DNA of 64,000 bases from Naegleria gruberi (Eukaryota), in NCBI GenBank assembly GCA_000004985.1, contig GG738877.1, one strand, 5' to 3'. This document shows, piece by piece, positions 22,051 through 33,362 of this stretch (positions within the stretch are counted from its first letter, which is position 1; the number at the start of each line of letters is the position of its first letter). The position numbers were made by a program, and so were the translations under genes. The notes below the pieces were generated by a model that had not been told where the DNA came from, did not search any database, and saw only the letters and a list, made by a program, of their open reading frames with translations.

Positions 22051-22758
22051 ATGACAACAAAACGTAGTAAGAGGAGTGTTACCGAGAAGAAAAAAATAAT
22101 ACTAGATGAAGATGATGAATTAAATGATCTATCGGAAGAAGAGGAAGAAAAAGTTGATGAAGATTCCGATTATGAAGAATCTAAAAAGAAAAAATCGAAA
22201 AAGGACAATAAAAAGGAAACCAAAAAGGAGACAAAGAAGGATAGTAAGAAGGAAAGTAAAAAGGATACAAAGAAAGATAGTAAAAAAGAGTCTTCTAAAA
22301 AAGAATCAAAAAAGAAGGAAACAAGAGAAGTTAAAAAGAAAGAAACAAAGAAGGAAACAAAATCTTCATCATCATCGGATCAAACAGCAACTTCTACAAC
22401 AAAAGGTTTATTACCTTTCAAATTAAAATTAGGATTTACAAAAGGAAAACGAAAGCGATCATTCAGACAAATTGTTTCAAAACAAGATTTAGCTAGCGAG
22501 GATGTTGATGAAAATGAATTGGAAAATCAAGATAATACAAATGGAAATCAACAACAAAATTTGACCTATTCTTCCATACAGGTTGGAAGTTTTTCACTCT
22601 ATCCTAAACCAAAATATTGTGATATTACTGGACTCTTATGTAAATATACCAATCCACACAACAAATTACAATATCATTCATCATGTATTCATCCATTAAT
22701 TTCCTCACTTTCAGAAGAAAAGATACAGCAATATCTTTCTGTGAGGTCTTTAAAATAA
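22051..22758 (+). CDS. YL1_C-domain nuclear protein (Ies6/INO80C-like) with Lys-rich KKE/KKD repeat region
   Basis: C-terminal KYCDITGLLCKYTNPHNKLQYHSSCIHPLISSL matches the YL1 C-terminal domain (Y.CDvTGL.A.Y.DP.T.L.Y) of Ies6/INO80C. The central region is (KKE[ST]KKDSKKE)n repeats. Confidence 0.6.
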   Translation: MTTKRSKRSVTEKKKIILDEDDELNDLSEEEEEKVDEDSDYEESKKKKSKKDNKKETKKETKKDSKKESKKDTKKDSKKESSKKESKKKETREVKKKETKKETKSSSSSDQTATSTTKGLLPFKLKLGFTKGKRKRSFRQIVSKQDLASEDVDENELENQDNTNGNQQQNLTYSSIQVGSFSLYPKPKYCDITGLLCKYTNPHNKLQYHSSCIHPLISSLSEEKIQQYLSVRSLK

Positions 22759-22858
22759 ATATTTTGTAAAATTGAAGAAATTTGAAATTGTAAATTGAAA
22801 CTTCAACGATAAATTTGGAACTAGAAAGATCTGATTTTAAGAAAAACAACAATAAAAA

Positions 22859-23668
22859 ATGTCGTCATTTGATTTACTTGCAGATGAAGATTTAATTTAT
22901 CAAAAAAAGCAACCAACAAGAAATAAGAAGAAAACAAAACAGCAACACTATGAAAAATCAATCATTCCAGAGACAGAATTTACAAAAATACACTTGAGCG
23001 AAGTTTGGGTTGTAATTTTGAAATATTTTGATTTTAAATCTCTGTATACTTCCTTTCTGTTTGTTGATAAGAAAGTGTGTGAAATTCTATACTCCCTTGA
23101 ATTCCAGAAATATATTCTTAATAGAGAATTTGAGGATGTTCTTTCTGGAGAATATGAATCAGATCACTCAGCTCTATACTCTCAAAATCAAAGCCTTCAA
23201 AGAAGTCTTATGAGAGTATTGGAAATTAATGATCGATTAAATATATTCGAATTAAGAAAGACTCATTCCAAACCAAAATCTGATCATCCACACAAAGTAT
23301 TTGAAAATTTGTTTTTTGGATTATTGAACAAGAGAACAAATTTCACAAACAGAAATATGATATTGAGGAAACTCATCAAAGTAAAGGTCAGTATTGGAAC
23401 AAGATCTGAGGTGGAATTCGACTCTTACAAAAGAGGGAAAATGAAATTATTCAGATCAGCTAATGAGAATGGTTTTGGAATGGTAGAAACAATTCCAGAT
23501 GTTCACAAAGAGGAAAGAAAACAAATGGAATGTGAACATTTCAACATTCTTGTATCAAGGAATGGAAATGATCCAGATTATCCATTCACTCTCCGTTGTA
23601 AAACATGTGATGCAACTGGACTACCTTGGCGTGATACTGTACAGAAACAAATCCAAAAGTATTTATAA
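22859..23668 (+). CDS. Hypothetical protein, possible F-box-like N-terminus and C-terminal Cys motif
   Basis: 269-aa ORF. LSEVWVVILKYFDFKSLYTSFLFVDKKVCEIL resembles an F-box. C-terminal ECEHFN...CKTCDATGLPW. Confidence 0.4.
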   Translation: MSSFDLLADEDLIYQKKQPTRNKKKTKQQHYEKSIIPETEFTKIHLSEVWVVILKYFDFKSLYTSFLFVDKKVCEILYSLEFQKYILNREFEDVLSGEYESDHSALYSQNQSLQRSLMRVLEINDRLNIFELRKTHSKPKSDHPHKVFENLFFGLLNKRTNFTNRNMILRKLIKVKVSIGTRSEVEFDSYKRGKMKLFRSANENGFGMVETIPDVHKEERKQMECEHFNILVSRNGNDPDYPFTLRCKTCDATGLPWRDTVQKQIQKYL

Positions 23669-25243
23669 AACCTTGTGTGGATTCATAATATTGTTTGGAT
23701 CGAGAGTTTTCTTGATTGATTTCATCAAATTGAGTGCAACATTGGTTTGTGAATAGTGGAGATAATTCTTTTTCAAAACTCCAATACCATGCTCTGCTGA
23801 AATACTTCCTCTATGCTTGCTTGTCCATTCATAGACATATGGTTCAATAGTTTCCTTAATTTGTTTTTCAAATTTTGGTGAGACAATGTTCAAGTGGAGA
23901 TTTTCATCACCCAAATGTCCAAAACTGTAAACCTTTGCTTGTGGGAAGACTTTCATTCTCTCCTTCATATCCAATACAATGTCATACATTTTGGCGAGTG
24001 GAATTGAAATGTCATACTTGTACACATAGCCATCCTTTTTCAATGATTCTGAAACCAACTCTCTAAATTTCCAAAGATATTGCGATTGTTTTTCATCAAA
24101 TGCTAAACTTCCATCAGTGGCTACTCCTTCTTCTAAGGCCTTTGCAAAGAAATCATTTAATTTTTCTTCATCGTGCTCTTTAGAACTTCCTTGTGTTTCA
24201 ATGACGAGATAGAATGGATGTTCTCCCTCAACTGGTGGTTGAAGAGTTTCATGATTTAATCTCATTACCAATTTCATACTATCACTATCAACAAACTCAA
24301 CAGCAGATAATATTTCACCCAACTCTCTCTTTGCCATTAAAATTAATTCTTGAACTTTTTCAAATGATTCAACGGAAATAAGAGCTACATTGACAGATTT
24401 TGGTTTGATTGGAACTTGAAGAGCTACTTTTGTAATAATTCCCAAAGTTCCTTCACTTCCAACAAATAAATGTGATAAATGATAACCAGTATTATCCTTT
24501 CTAATTTCCTTAATTGAATCCATAATTGAGCCATCTGGTAAAACACATTCCAAACCAAGTAAATTCGAATGTAATGAACCAAATTTAACATATCTAATAC
24601 CTCCAGCACCTGTTGCAATATTACCACCAATTTGACAACTTCCTTTAGCAGCCAAATCAAGTGGCATTTGATATCCCTTCTCTTCCAAAGTATGATTTAA
24701 ATGTTCTAAAATACAACCAGATTGACAAATCAATTTTCCACTCTTATCATTAAATGAAATAATTTCATTCATTAAATTTGTACTCAAAATGATTTGAGGT
24801 CTATGTTCAATTTGTTCATTTACAGGTATTCCACCACCTACTAAACCAGTATTTCCTCCCTGTGGAATAATAACAATATTATTCTCATTACAATATTTTA
24901 CAATTTTTGAAACTTGTTCAGTTGTTCTAGGTCTCAAAACAAGTTCGGAAGCTCCTTTAAATTGACCTGTCCAATCATGATTAAAAGCCATATCAATTTC
25001 ATTAGGATTATATAAAACTTCACCTCCTTTCTTTGTTGTTGAAGTGTCCTCATCAAAAATCCTTTTAATTTCATCTACATGTTTCCTATCGAGAGTTAGA
25101 GCAATATTATTGGAATGAAACAATCGTTGGAATGTTGTGCTCATTCCCTTGCCACTAGTATTTTTCAATTTGAATAGAAGATGATGATTATTATTATTTG
25201 ATGCTAATAAAACAGCACGACAAAGGCTTTTATGAATAAACAT
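23663..25243 (-). CDS. d2hgdh: D-2-hydroxyglutarate dehydrogenase, mitochondrial (FAD-linked oxidase, D-lactate dehydrogenase family)
   Basis: 526-aa intronless ORF. FAD-binding PCMH domain (LVLRPRTTEQVSKIVKYCNENNIVIIPQGGNTGLVGGGIPV; MPLDLAAKGSCQIGGNIATGAGGIRYVKFGSLH; RKDNTGYHLSHLFVGSEGTLGIITKV). C-terminal HLGDENLHLNI...SAEHGIGVLKKNYL...LDPNNIMNPHKVL. Near-collinear with metazoan D2HGDH. N-terminal presequence. Confidence 0.9.
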   Translation of the reverse strand: MFIHKSLCRAVLLASNNNNHHLLFKLKNTSGKGMSTTFQRLFHSNNIALTLDRKHVDEIKRIFDEDTSTTKKGGEVLYNPNEIDMAFNHDWTGQFKGASELVLRPRTTEQVSKIVKYCNENNIVIIPQGGNTGLVGGGIPVNEQIEHRPQIILSTNLMNEIISFNDKSGKLICQSGCILEHLNHTLEEKGYQMPLDLAAKGSCQIGGNIATGAGGIRYVKFGSLHSNLLGLECVLPDGSIMDSIKEIRKDNTGYHLSHLFVGSEGTLGIITKVALQVPIKPKSVNVALISVESFEKVQELILMAKRELGEILSAVEFVDSDSMKLVMRLNHETLQPPVEGEHPFYLVIETQGSSKEHDEEKLNDFFAKALEEGVATDGSLAFDEKQSQYLWKFRELVSESLKKDGYVYKYDISIPLAKMYDIVLDMKERMKVFPQAKVYSFGHLGDENLHLNIVSPKFEKQIKETIEPYVYEWTSKHRGSISAEHGIGVLKKNYLHYSQTNVALNLMKSIKKTLDPNNIMNPHKVL

Positions 25244-25424
25244 TTTTTAATAAATTTAAATTTTAGAAATTAAAAATCGATAAATTGGAATTTTAAAAGG
25301 ATTTTTTTATTGCACGAAGAGGTTGTGATGATTTTCTCCGTGTATTGTGTTAGAATAATTTAACTTCTAATTAATTATGTACACACCAATATTATTTTCC
25401 TTAATAATTTAAGTCTCTCTGAGT

Positions 25425-26863
25425 TTAATGATCCGAGTAGTCACCATTCTCATGGTTTTGTTCATTGTCAACATGTTGATGAGGATGATGAAGTGTATCA
25501 TGAGTTGTTGGAATGAGGTTGGTAGTTGAAGGATTAATGCCAGGAACTATTGGGTCATGTTTCATGAGCTTTCTTTGTCTACGTTCTTCTGAATGTTCAT
25601 GGTCAGAATCTTCATCACTTGACGACCAATCATTCTTTCTTCGTTTCTTATCATTTTCAGTCATATCTGTGAAAGGTTTATGATGAGCTCCCAGCGTCGA
25701 TGTTGGTTCTTTTTTCTTGGTTGATTTGGTCTTAGAGGAATATTGTGGTTGACTATAATATGGATCAGTAATTTGTGCAACTGGAGGGAATTTAGAACTT
25801 TGAGCTAAATGGTTTACAGCATATTGACCTGTACCAGTTGCTGGATTGATTGAGGGAGCTGTTGACGCGTAAGCTTTACCTCCTCCCAAAATTGGAGTCC
25901 TAGATGGATTAATACGAATATTTCTATTTCCAAGAAGTGTACCAGAACATTCTAAAGCTTTGTTTCTAGATTCCATATGTAAAAATTCCACAAATGCAAA
26001 TCGTGCACTATGTACTGCATCTCCAGCCAAAACAACTTTAGTAACAGGACCACAATTAGCATCAAAAAATTCTTTAAGATCATCTTCTGTCAATGAAATA
26101 TCAGCATTTCCTACATAAACAGTTCTATTAATTTGATCATGATGGGCAGGAGTAAATGAATAAACAGCACCATTTCCAACAGCACCTGGTGTAGGCTGAA
26201 TTGGTGTCCTCGATCCTAAAATGCGTAGGGCATATCTTCCAAGAAATTGACCAGACAAGGAAACAGCTGCTTGTGCACTTTCCTTCTGTTCAAATTCAAA
26301 AAAGGCAAATCTTGTTGGATGTTGAGTGTCTCCACATACTCTGTAATTTACAATTCTGCCACAGTATGAGAAGAACTCACATACTTGAGCTTCCAATATT
26401 TGTGTATCAATACTTGTTACATAAATTGTTCTCTTGATTTTATCATCTTCCTCAGCCTTCCTCTTTAATTCCGATTCTGAAAGAAATTGATATTTTGTTG
26501 CATTATCATCTGTAGGTGAAATTTGAGTTGGATTTGATTGTACAGGTGTTGGATTAGAGATTGGACTACGACTTAGGGATATTTTCAAATGTTTACCAAG
26601 AATTTCTGTTCCGCTAAGTTCGATAGCTACTTTTGCCTCCTCACTTGATGAGAATTCTACAAATGCGTATTTATTTGTTGGCTCTCTAATCATGGTTGTA
26701 TTTTGTTGTTGTTGTTGATATTTCCCCATAATACAATTTTTTCATGTACTTACCCAGCTATCTTTACGTTGCAAATAGTCCCGCAGTCGTCAAAGAAAGT
26801 TTTGATTAACTCTTCGTTAAATTCTGCTGGAAGATTGGAAACGTAGATTGTGCGTCCAGACAT
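25425..26863 (-). CDS. RNA-binding protein with three RRM domains (2 exons)
   Basis: Exon 1 at about 26754..26863 (MSGRTIYVSNLPAEFNEELIKTFFDDCGTICNVKIAG, RNP2), GTAAGT intron of about 68 nt, exon 2 at about 25425..26685. RNP1 octamers KYAFVEF, RFAFFEF and RFAFVEF, each preceded by RNP2-like (IYVTS..; VYVGN..). Gln/Pro-rich linker, acidic/His-rich C-terminus. Confidence 0.75.
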
Positions 26864-27263
26864 TTTTTTTGCAGTTGTTTATTGTTGGAATGATTTTTTA
26901 CTTTCCGTCGCTGTTGTAACCTCTTTAATAAATTATTCTGTATTCACTCTATATTGTAATAATATTAATATTGAATTGATCGTCATCATAGTTCTTGCTT
27001 CTTGTTCCGATAACTTATCACATTATTTAAAAATCTCTCATCAAATAGATGAATTGACCAACAATGAACTGGATATGAAAGAGGCTCATTCAGTTTCTGA
27101 ATAAAGACCACATGACGAAAGTATCAATAGATATTATATTATTACAATTTTATTCTCTATAGAAATTTACAGGTAGATTATAAATTAATCTTGATCTAAA
27201 ATAATTTTGTTCAATTAATTTAGCAAATAATTATGTGATTTGTTATTGATGATCAAGATCGTC

Positions 27264-27695
27264 CTAGTAGAATCTTCTGAAAAGATTAAATCCTCCTTCC
27301 ATTGGTCTAGCAGGAGTACTTGTTTCTTCCTCTTCCGATTTTGTATTATTATCAACAACAGTGACAGTGGTGCTATTATTTGATGATGTTATTACTGGTG
27401 TTGTAGTATTACTATTAGATGATTCTGATTTTTGAACAACATTTGGTGTGGCTTGTTTAGTAATGACGATCGTCTTTTCCAACTCATCTTCATTTGTCTT
27501 ATCGGATGCTGACTGTTTTTCTTCCTCTCCTTCTGTTGTAGATTCCTTGAAAGAAAGAGCCTCTTCAGCCTCCTTTTTCTTTGCTTCAATAGCAGCAGCA
27601 TCAAAGTACAAGTGAAATTCTCTGCCTGCATATCCACCTATTCCTAATCCTAAAGCTGAACCCAACAGCACTGCTCGCATACCAAAATTATTCAT
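27264..27695 (-). CDS. Small hypothetical protein with N-terminal glycine-zipper TM segment
   Basis: 143 aa. MRAVLLGSALGLGIGGYAG followed by charged Glu/Lys-rich and Ser/Thr-rich tail. Confidence 0.4.
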   Translation of the reverse strand: MNNFGMRAVLLGSALGLGIGGYAGREFHLYFDAAAIEAKKKEAEEALSFKESTTEGEEEKQSASDKTNEDELEKTIVITKQATPNVVQKSESSNSNTTTPVITSSNNSTTVTVVDNNTKSEEEETSTPARPMEGGFNLFRRFY

Positions 27696-27822
27696 TTTTT
27701 AAAGTTTATTATTCACAACTTGACGAGGACAAAAATATTGTGTGGATCTATTTTCTAATCAGATTCTTGCATGTAGCCAAAATGTTTTCCAAATAGTCTG
27801 GAATAGTCTTATTGGAGGAGTA

Positions 27823-28925
27823 TTATTCTTGATTATTTTCAGTAGAGTTTTTAACAATTTGCATTTCTTGTTTTCTTTTAAAAACTACTTGTTTCAATTC
27901 ATCTGAGAGAGGATTATTTGAGAGAGATGATCTTTGAGTTCGAATGGGTATTGAATATGTCGTTGGTTTTGATTCTGTTTCAGTTGTTGAATTATTCACA
28001 GAAGAGGAAGTTTCAGTAAGCTTTGATTTGTGCATAATTGGTGGCATTCTAAATCTTGACCCAAGGCTGAGAGGTTTTTCAGGTTCTGGCATTTGATTTT
28101 CGCATTCATACACATTAACAACTTTCTTCTCAATATTAAGGAATGGTTTTTGGCTGGAAGCACGAGGTGAAAGAGATTCTTCATGATAAAATCTTCTATC
28201 GAGAGTTTCTCTTTCTTCAGAATTAAAGGGGATTGTTGAAAATTCCTCAAAATAGCTATCAATACCTTTATCAGTGCTATCCAAAGACTCTAGTTTAGGA
28301 TAATAAAAGTTCTCAACCTCTTTACATAAAAGCTCAATCTTGTACTTTAAATTGCCAACACTTTCCATTAATGATGACTCAGTTCTTTTTAATTGATCTT
28401 CTGGTTGTTTTTCTGTCATCAAATATACGTATGATTTGAGAGTATCCATACAACTTTCAATTTCTTTTTTATATTGCGAGAAATACTCAAAATCGCTCTC
28501 TTCACTAACCTCATTCAATTTTTCAATTTTTTCTAATATTTTGAAACTGATTGATCCAATTTTACCCTTTTCAGAAAACTCATGCAATACTATTGATTGA
28601 TTAATTAAATATTGATTAAATATTACGTACGCTTCTCCTTTAACTGAATTGTTATCTCAGTATTTTTAGAAAAGTGAATTATAGTTGTAAGCAAAAATTC
28701 ATCCAAATCATAATTTACAGTAATTAAATCACTAATTGATGCAATACTGTTGGTATTTAAACTATCCAAAAATGTATGAATGTCCAAAATTTGTGGAATA
28801 GGTTCTTCAGTTAAGCTCTCAAAAAACGAAAGAACACTTGTTTTTGTGTGAATGGTAGACTTTAAAGAATCTACCAAACTTTTCCTCATGTATTTACATT
28901 TCATCATACTTTCAGGAGTTTTCAT
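27823..28925 (-). CDS. Hypothetical protein (two adjacent same-strand ORFs, probably 2 exons)
   Basis: ORFs 28623..28925 and 27823..28587 on the minus strand, separated by about 35 nt. No recognisable domain. The exon join is not resolved. Confidence 0.35.
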
Positions 28926-29001
28926 CTCAATTCGAGAAATAGGTGCATTATGGAGATTGTCACTATTTATATTTAATAAATTGAAAAATTAAAACTTTAA
29001 C

Positions 29002-29760
29002 CTACATGAAATATCCTCTTGAAGTCAACTCTATCTCTTTAATAGTTTTTAAAATACCATTACATTTCTTGTGGTATAATCTCATTGATCTAATGATTCG
29101 TTTCAAATTTGTACATGTATTTTCATTCAAAATTTTTAATTTATACAATGAGTTCTTTTCTTGTTTTAGTATTTTAATTTTCATTAAGTAACCTACCTCA
29201 AATTCTCTATACTTTACAATTAATAAAAACAAGCCAGCTACAAGCATCATTGTAATAAGGGATGGCAGATAATCTGCTGTAAAATGAAATAAAACTAATA
29301 TACAAAATAATAAAATTATCAAATATGAATTAGGCTCTGTAATATTTGGAAATACTTCATTATCTGAAGATAAATATTCAATTGTATTTTCAATACTTTC
29401 AGATTTCTCCTTTGCTAAAACATAACAATATTGTTCTAAATAGGATGTAATAGCATTATCCAAATAGTATTGATCATAATCAAATAAAACAAATGATATC
29501 TTTTTCCAATAATATCGAGACATCTTTAAAGATAACGAAATTAGTTGGTTCATCAAAAGGTAGAAATGGTTTGTTGATTTTGAAATATTATCAATGGATG
29601 ATTTTGTTTGTTCTCCCTTTAATGATGAAGTAGGATCGGATAGACTCGACATGGCTTGCTCACCATTTTGCTCCTGATCCTTTAATCGACTTTGCAGCAA
29701 ATCATGCATTGGTGTTCCCGGCCTTATGACTTTGTACATTTTTTGTGATTGTTCATGCAA
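29002..29760 (-). CDS. Hypothetical membrane protein (two adjacent TM helices near the C-terminal third)
   Basis: 252-aa ORF with YLIILLFCILVLFHF and LITMMLVAGLFLLIV hydrophobic segments. Confidence 0.4.
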   Translation of the reverse strand: MHEQSQKMYKVIRPGTPMHDLLQSRLKDQEQNGEQAMSSLSDPTSSLKGEQTKSSIDNISKSTNHFYLLMNQLISLSLKMSRYYWKKISFVLFDYDQYYLDNAITSYLEQYCYVLAKEKSESIENTIEYLSSDNEVFPNITEPNSYLIILLFCILVLFHFTADYLPSLITMMLVAGLFLLIVKYREFEVGYLMKIKILKQEKNSLYKLKILNENTCTNLKRIIRSMRLYHKKCNGILKTIKEIELTSRGYFM

Positions 29761-29910
29761 ATCTTGTATTCGTTGTAGACAATCTTGATTGTGTTAATTC
29801 TAATTGCGTTTCTAAATCATTATTATTATTAATAGAGAATACATTGTTTTAGAAGTTTAAATAAGATGGTAAATATGATGATTATTTGAAGAAGAATATT
29901 AATGATGAAT

Positions 29911-30533
29911 TTAATGTTCTTGTTCTTCACAATACTTTTGATAAGCATCCTTGGACATTAATTCTTCAGCTTCTTGTTCGAATTCCAACTTGATCATCCA
30001 ACCATCAGCTTCAGCACTTTCGTTGACGACACCTGGGTTATCATTCAAAACAGCATTGACTGCAGTAATCTTACCAGAGACTGGTGAGTAAACTTCAGAA
30101 ACAGACTTGACAGATTCAACTTCACCAATAACACTGCTGGCTTGAATAACATCACCAACCTTTTATCATCATGCACATTCCGAAATTATTTTGTAAGCAT
30201 GATACCAGATTAATTTTCATCATCGCCGTTAGCAATTTAACATTTTCAATAATAATAAATTTAAATAATATTTAAACAGAAAATTAAGTGAGTACTGATG
30301 AAGAGAAAATCACATACCTTGACGGACAAAGCAACGTGAACAATTTCACCAAGCTTTGATTGGGCTTCTTCAGAAATACCAACAACAGCTTGCTTTCCAC
30401 TTTCAAATCTAACCCATTCGTGATCCTTTGAATATTTAACAGTGGCATATGATTGTCTTTGAACAAAATTCAAAGATTGCAATTGTCTGAAATTTCTAGA
30501 GGTATTCTTGGTGATTCTAGCGAGAGAGAACAT
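29911..30533 (-). CDS. gcvH: Glycine cleavage system H protein (lipoyl carrier), mitochondrial; 2 exons
   Basis: Exon 1 at about 30318..30533 (mitochondrial presequence [17 protein letters not shown]..., then [40 protein letters not shown]). GTATGT...AG intron at about 30160..30317. Exon 2 at about 29911..30159 encodes [60 protein letters not shown], with the lipoyl-lysine in the ESVK motif. Confidence 0.9.
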
Positions 30534-31077
30534 TTTTTTTTCTTCAAGGTTGCCTGCTGGAACGTTTTGCCGATTATTAGCTGGGCTTTGATGTTAAAAT
30601 AGGCACAAATTAATACAAGGCAATCCCAAAGCTTCTGAAATATTACTCTATAATTTATTATAAAACATTGCAAATTTGCTTGAAAGTGGTGGATGATGTG
30701 ATATGGTTGTCGGTGGTAATTAGTATCAACTTGAAGTAATAAATTCAACCCAGTGAATGAAACTGGAATTTCAAATTGATTGACTCCCTGCTGTTTCACA
30801 AGAAGTGATAATGAGGTAGATGATGACTATTCGCAACAATAATGACGTTATTCTTGATTCCTTTGTTACATTGATTAAAGATGTTGTTCAGTTTTTTTGC
30901 AAGGTTGTATCATTATGAGAGATTGTGTAAACTTTTTTTTCTGATAAAAACTGGAAAACCGCTTTCCACCAAACACAAGAAGAAAAAATGCCTACACCGC
31001 TGTTGATATTCTATTCATAGCAAACGCTGCTTGTCAATGCTCAAGAAAAAAAGAACACAACACTGCTAATCATCAAC

Positions 31078-32898
31078 ATGCCATCAACACAACCACGTAA
31101 ATCAGTGTCATTTACATTGGAAGATGAATTTACCTTTGAGGATGATGAACCTAAAACATCCGTTAATAATAATTTTTCATCATTTTATGATGATGATTTA
31201 TCGGATGGAAATCGTTCACCTGTATTGACAAACAACAGTACAATTGCACCACCTTCTCCAGAACTTGATTTTGATGAGGATCTAGATAATATGTCTGATT
31301 ATAACTATGAAAACAAACAGTATGAGGAAAACTTGTCACAATCACTCTCTGATATTTTGGAAAATGATGAAAAACAAGTTAAAACTGAAATAGACGAGTT
31401 ATTTGATGAATATGAAAAAGAGCAGGAAGAAGAAGAAGAAGTATCAGTTAAATCACCAATTCTTTCAATTAGATTTACTGCTCAACCAACTCAATATACT
31501 GTTTCTTCACCTACTGTTTCTAGCCCTGGCTTAAGTCAATATCAAAAAGAACAAAGAAATATTTATCAATACGATGATATTAATCAATTGTCAGTACCTA
31601 GTCAACAATCACCAAAAATCAGTCAACCAGTTGTTGAAATTGTACAAAATTCAACAATGCAAGATGATAACGAGGAAGAAAGTGCCTTTCACAAACTAGA
31701 TCCTTCTGTAAAATGTAACCCAGAAAATATTCCTACTACCAATTGTACAGAGAATAATTCACCTAAGTCACCTATTATTGTTGGTGAACAAAAGACAGTT
31801 CCCCAACCATCACAACAACAACAACTCCCTCAATCAAACCAACAACAAACAGTAATTCCAGATTCTCAAGAAATAGATATTGATTTTTCTCAATTAGAAG
31901 AAGCTTTAAATCAACCAGAAACTCCTAATGTAAATAATTCTACAATTGAAGAGGAAGTTCCAAAATCATCTCCTATTGAAATTCTAAGATCTAAAATTCC
32001 ATCATCTCCTCAAAAAAAGAAACCACTCAAGCTAGTTCAATCATACAAAGATGAAATTGTATGCACTCCAGAATTTTTACCAAATCCATCCAATATGGAC
32101 GAAATTGAGAATTCTGAAAATTCTCAAATGGAACTTGTAAAATTGGATCCAAGACCTTCTAGTCCTTCAAAACCATTATCATGGAGAGAAGCTATTTATA
32201 AGAATAGACATGCAATTTCTCCTCAAAAAGTTACACAACCAGAAAAAGAATTAGTTGCAATCAAAGATTATTTTGGTCTCACAACTTTCCAAAGAGGTAA
32301 TAATTATTCTGGTGAAGAAAGAATTTTTGAAATGACAGCAGAATTATTGGAAGTACAAGAAGGTGATGAATTAACATTTCTCTCGTCTAAATGTTGGGGA
32401 ACAGTGGAAGTTCCATATCAACAAAGTATTGTTTTTGAAGAACAAACCATGTCAATTAGAAAATGTGTTTGTTCATGTCCAGTTGAAACAAATTGTAAAC
32501 ATTCATGTGCAGCATTAATTACTTGGTTTAATTGTAAAAAGAAATCAATTCCATATCCAACATTAGATTCTGTTGGAAAGAGATTAGAGGAAACAATGAG
32601 TGAAATGAATAGATTAAGACAAGAATTGGAATCTTTAAAGAAGGAAAATGAAATTTTGAAAAGTTCAGCAAATTCTGATTACAGTTCAGGAAGTGAGGAT
32701 TTCGACATGAAAGACGCTTCAACTCCAACCAAAAATCATTCTGGATTTATTTCTTCAAATAACTTTGTGACACCAACAAGAGACCCTTCGCTTTTACCAT
32801 CTTTTATCAGTCCTTCACCTGCATCTGTTGATAATTCATCCCTGAAAAGAAAGAGAACAGATTTTTCCTTAGATCCAAATAATAAAAAGATCAAATAA
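31078..32898 (+). CDS. Hypothetical low-complexity protein with Cys-rich motif and C-terminal coiled coil/NLS
   Basis: 606-aa ORF. Acidic N-terminus, Q/P/S-rich middle, CVCSCPVETNCKHSCAALITWFNCKK, coiled-coil MSEMNRLRQELESLKKENEILK, KRKRTD...KKIK end. Confidence 0.45.
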   Translation: MPSTQPRKSVSFTLEDEFTFEDDEPKTSVNNNFSSFYDDDLSDGNRSPVLTNNSTIAPPSPELDFDEDLDNMSDYNYENKQYEENLSQSLSDILENDEKQVKTEIDELFDEYEKEQEEEEEVSVKSPILSIRFTAQPTQYTVSSPTVSSPGLSQYQKEQRNIYQYDDINQLSVPSQQSPKISQPVVEIVQNSTMQDDNEEESAFHKLDPSVKCNPENIPTTNCTENNSPKSPIIVGEQKTVPQPSQQQQLPQSNQQQTVIPDSQEIDIDFSQLEEALNQPETPNVNNSTIEEEVPKSSPIEILRSKIPSSPQKKKPLKLVQSYKDEIVCTPEFLPNPSNMDEIENSENSQMELVKLDPRPSSPSKPLSWREAIYKNRHAISPQKVTQPEKELVAIKDYFGLTTFQRGNNYSGEERIFEMTAELLEVQEGDELTFLSSKCWGTVEVPYQQSIVFEEQTMSIRKCVCSCPVETNCKHSCAALITWFNCKKKSIPYPTLDSVGKRLEETMSEMNRLRQELESLKKENEILKSSANSDYSSGSEDFDMKDASTPTKNHSGFISSNNFVTPTRDPSLLPSFISPSPASVDNSSLKRKRTDFSLDPNNKKIK

Positions 32899-33109
32899 CA
32901 ATTTTAATCCATAATTGCTGCATTATCTTGTAATCTTTATTAAGAAATTCATATTGTAATGCCAAACATCACATTATCTGCTTCATATCTCCTCTTGTAA
33001 TCTTTATTAAGCAATTCAAATTGTTCCAATCTTTTGTTGGTGTTTATCTTGAAGATAATATTGCAAACTGAATAGTGTCTGGATTTGATAAAAAATTAAT
33101 CCAGCAAAA

Positions 33110-33190
33110 CGTTGAGGATGGGATTCGAACCCACGCGGATTACTCCACCAACTTAGCAGGCTGGCGCCTTAACCACTCGGCCACCTCAAC
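33110..33190 (-). tRNA. tRNA-Ser (anticodon GCU), type II with long variable arm
   Basis: Reverse complement reads GTTGAGGTGGCCGAGTGGTTAAGGCGCCAGCCTGCTAAGTTGGTGGAGTAATCCGCGTGGGTTCGAATCCCATCCTCAAC. 7-bp acceptor stem (GTTGAGG/CCTCAAC), GAGTGGTTAA D-loop, anticodon loop CUGCUAA, long variable arm, GTTCGAATC T-loop, G73 discriminator. Confidence 0.85.
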
Positions 33191-33362
33191 TTCTTGTTTG
33201 TAATCATTCAAAATTTAACGGCCTTACAACCAATTGCAAAGTTGTAAACAGATGAATGTTCATACAATTATTAACCATGCAAGGAAGGACTGAAAACAGG
33301 AGATTTCTCTCGGGTCTGTTATTGATGCTTTGCAATTAATTGGTATTAATTTATATAAAAAA

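Noticed and set aside
22124-22426. Arg/Lys-rich 100-aa ORF overlapping the Ies6-like gene in another frame
   Set aside because: An alternative reading of the AAG/AAA-rich repeat. The YL1_C-containing frame is the real one.
30470-30799. 109-aa minus-strand ORF upstream of gcvH
   Set aside because: Lies in the gcvH 5' flank with no motif and starts inside promoter-like sequence. The GcvH exon 1 frame is separate and homology-supported.
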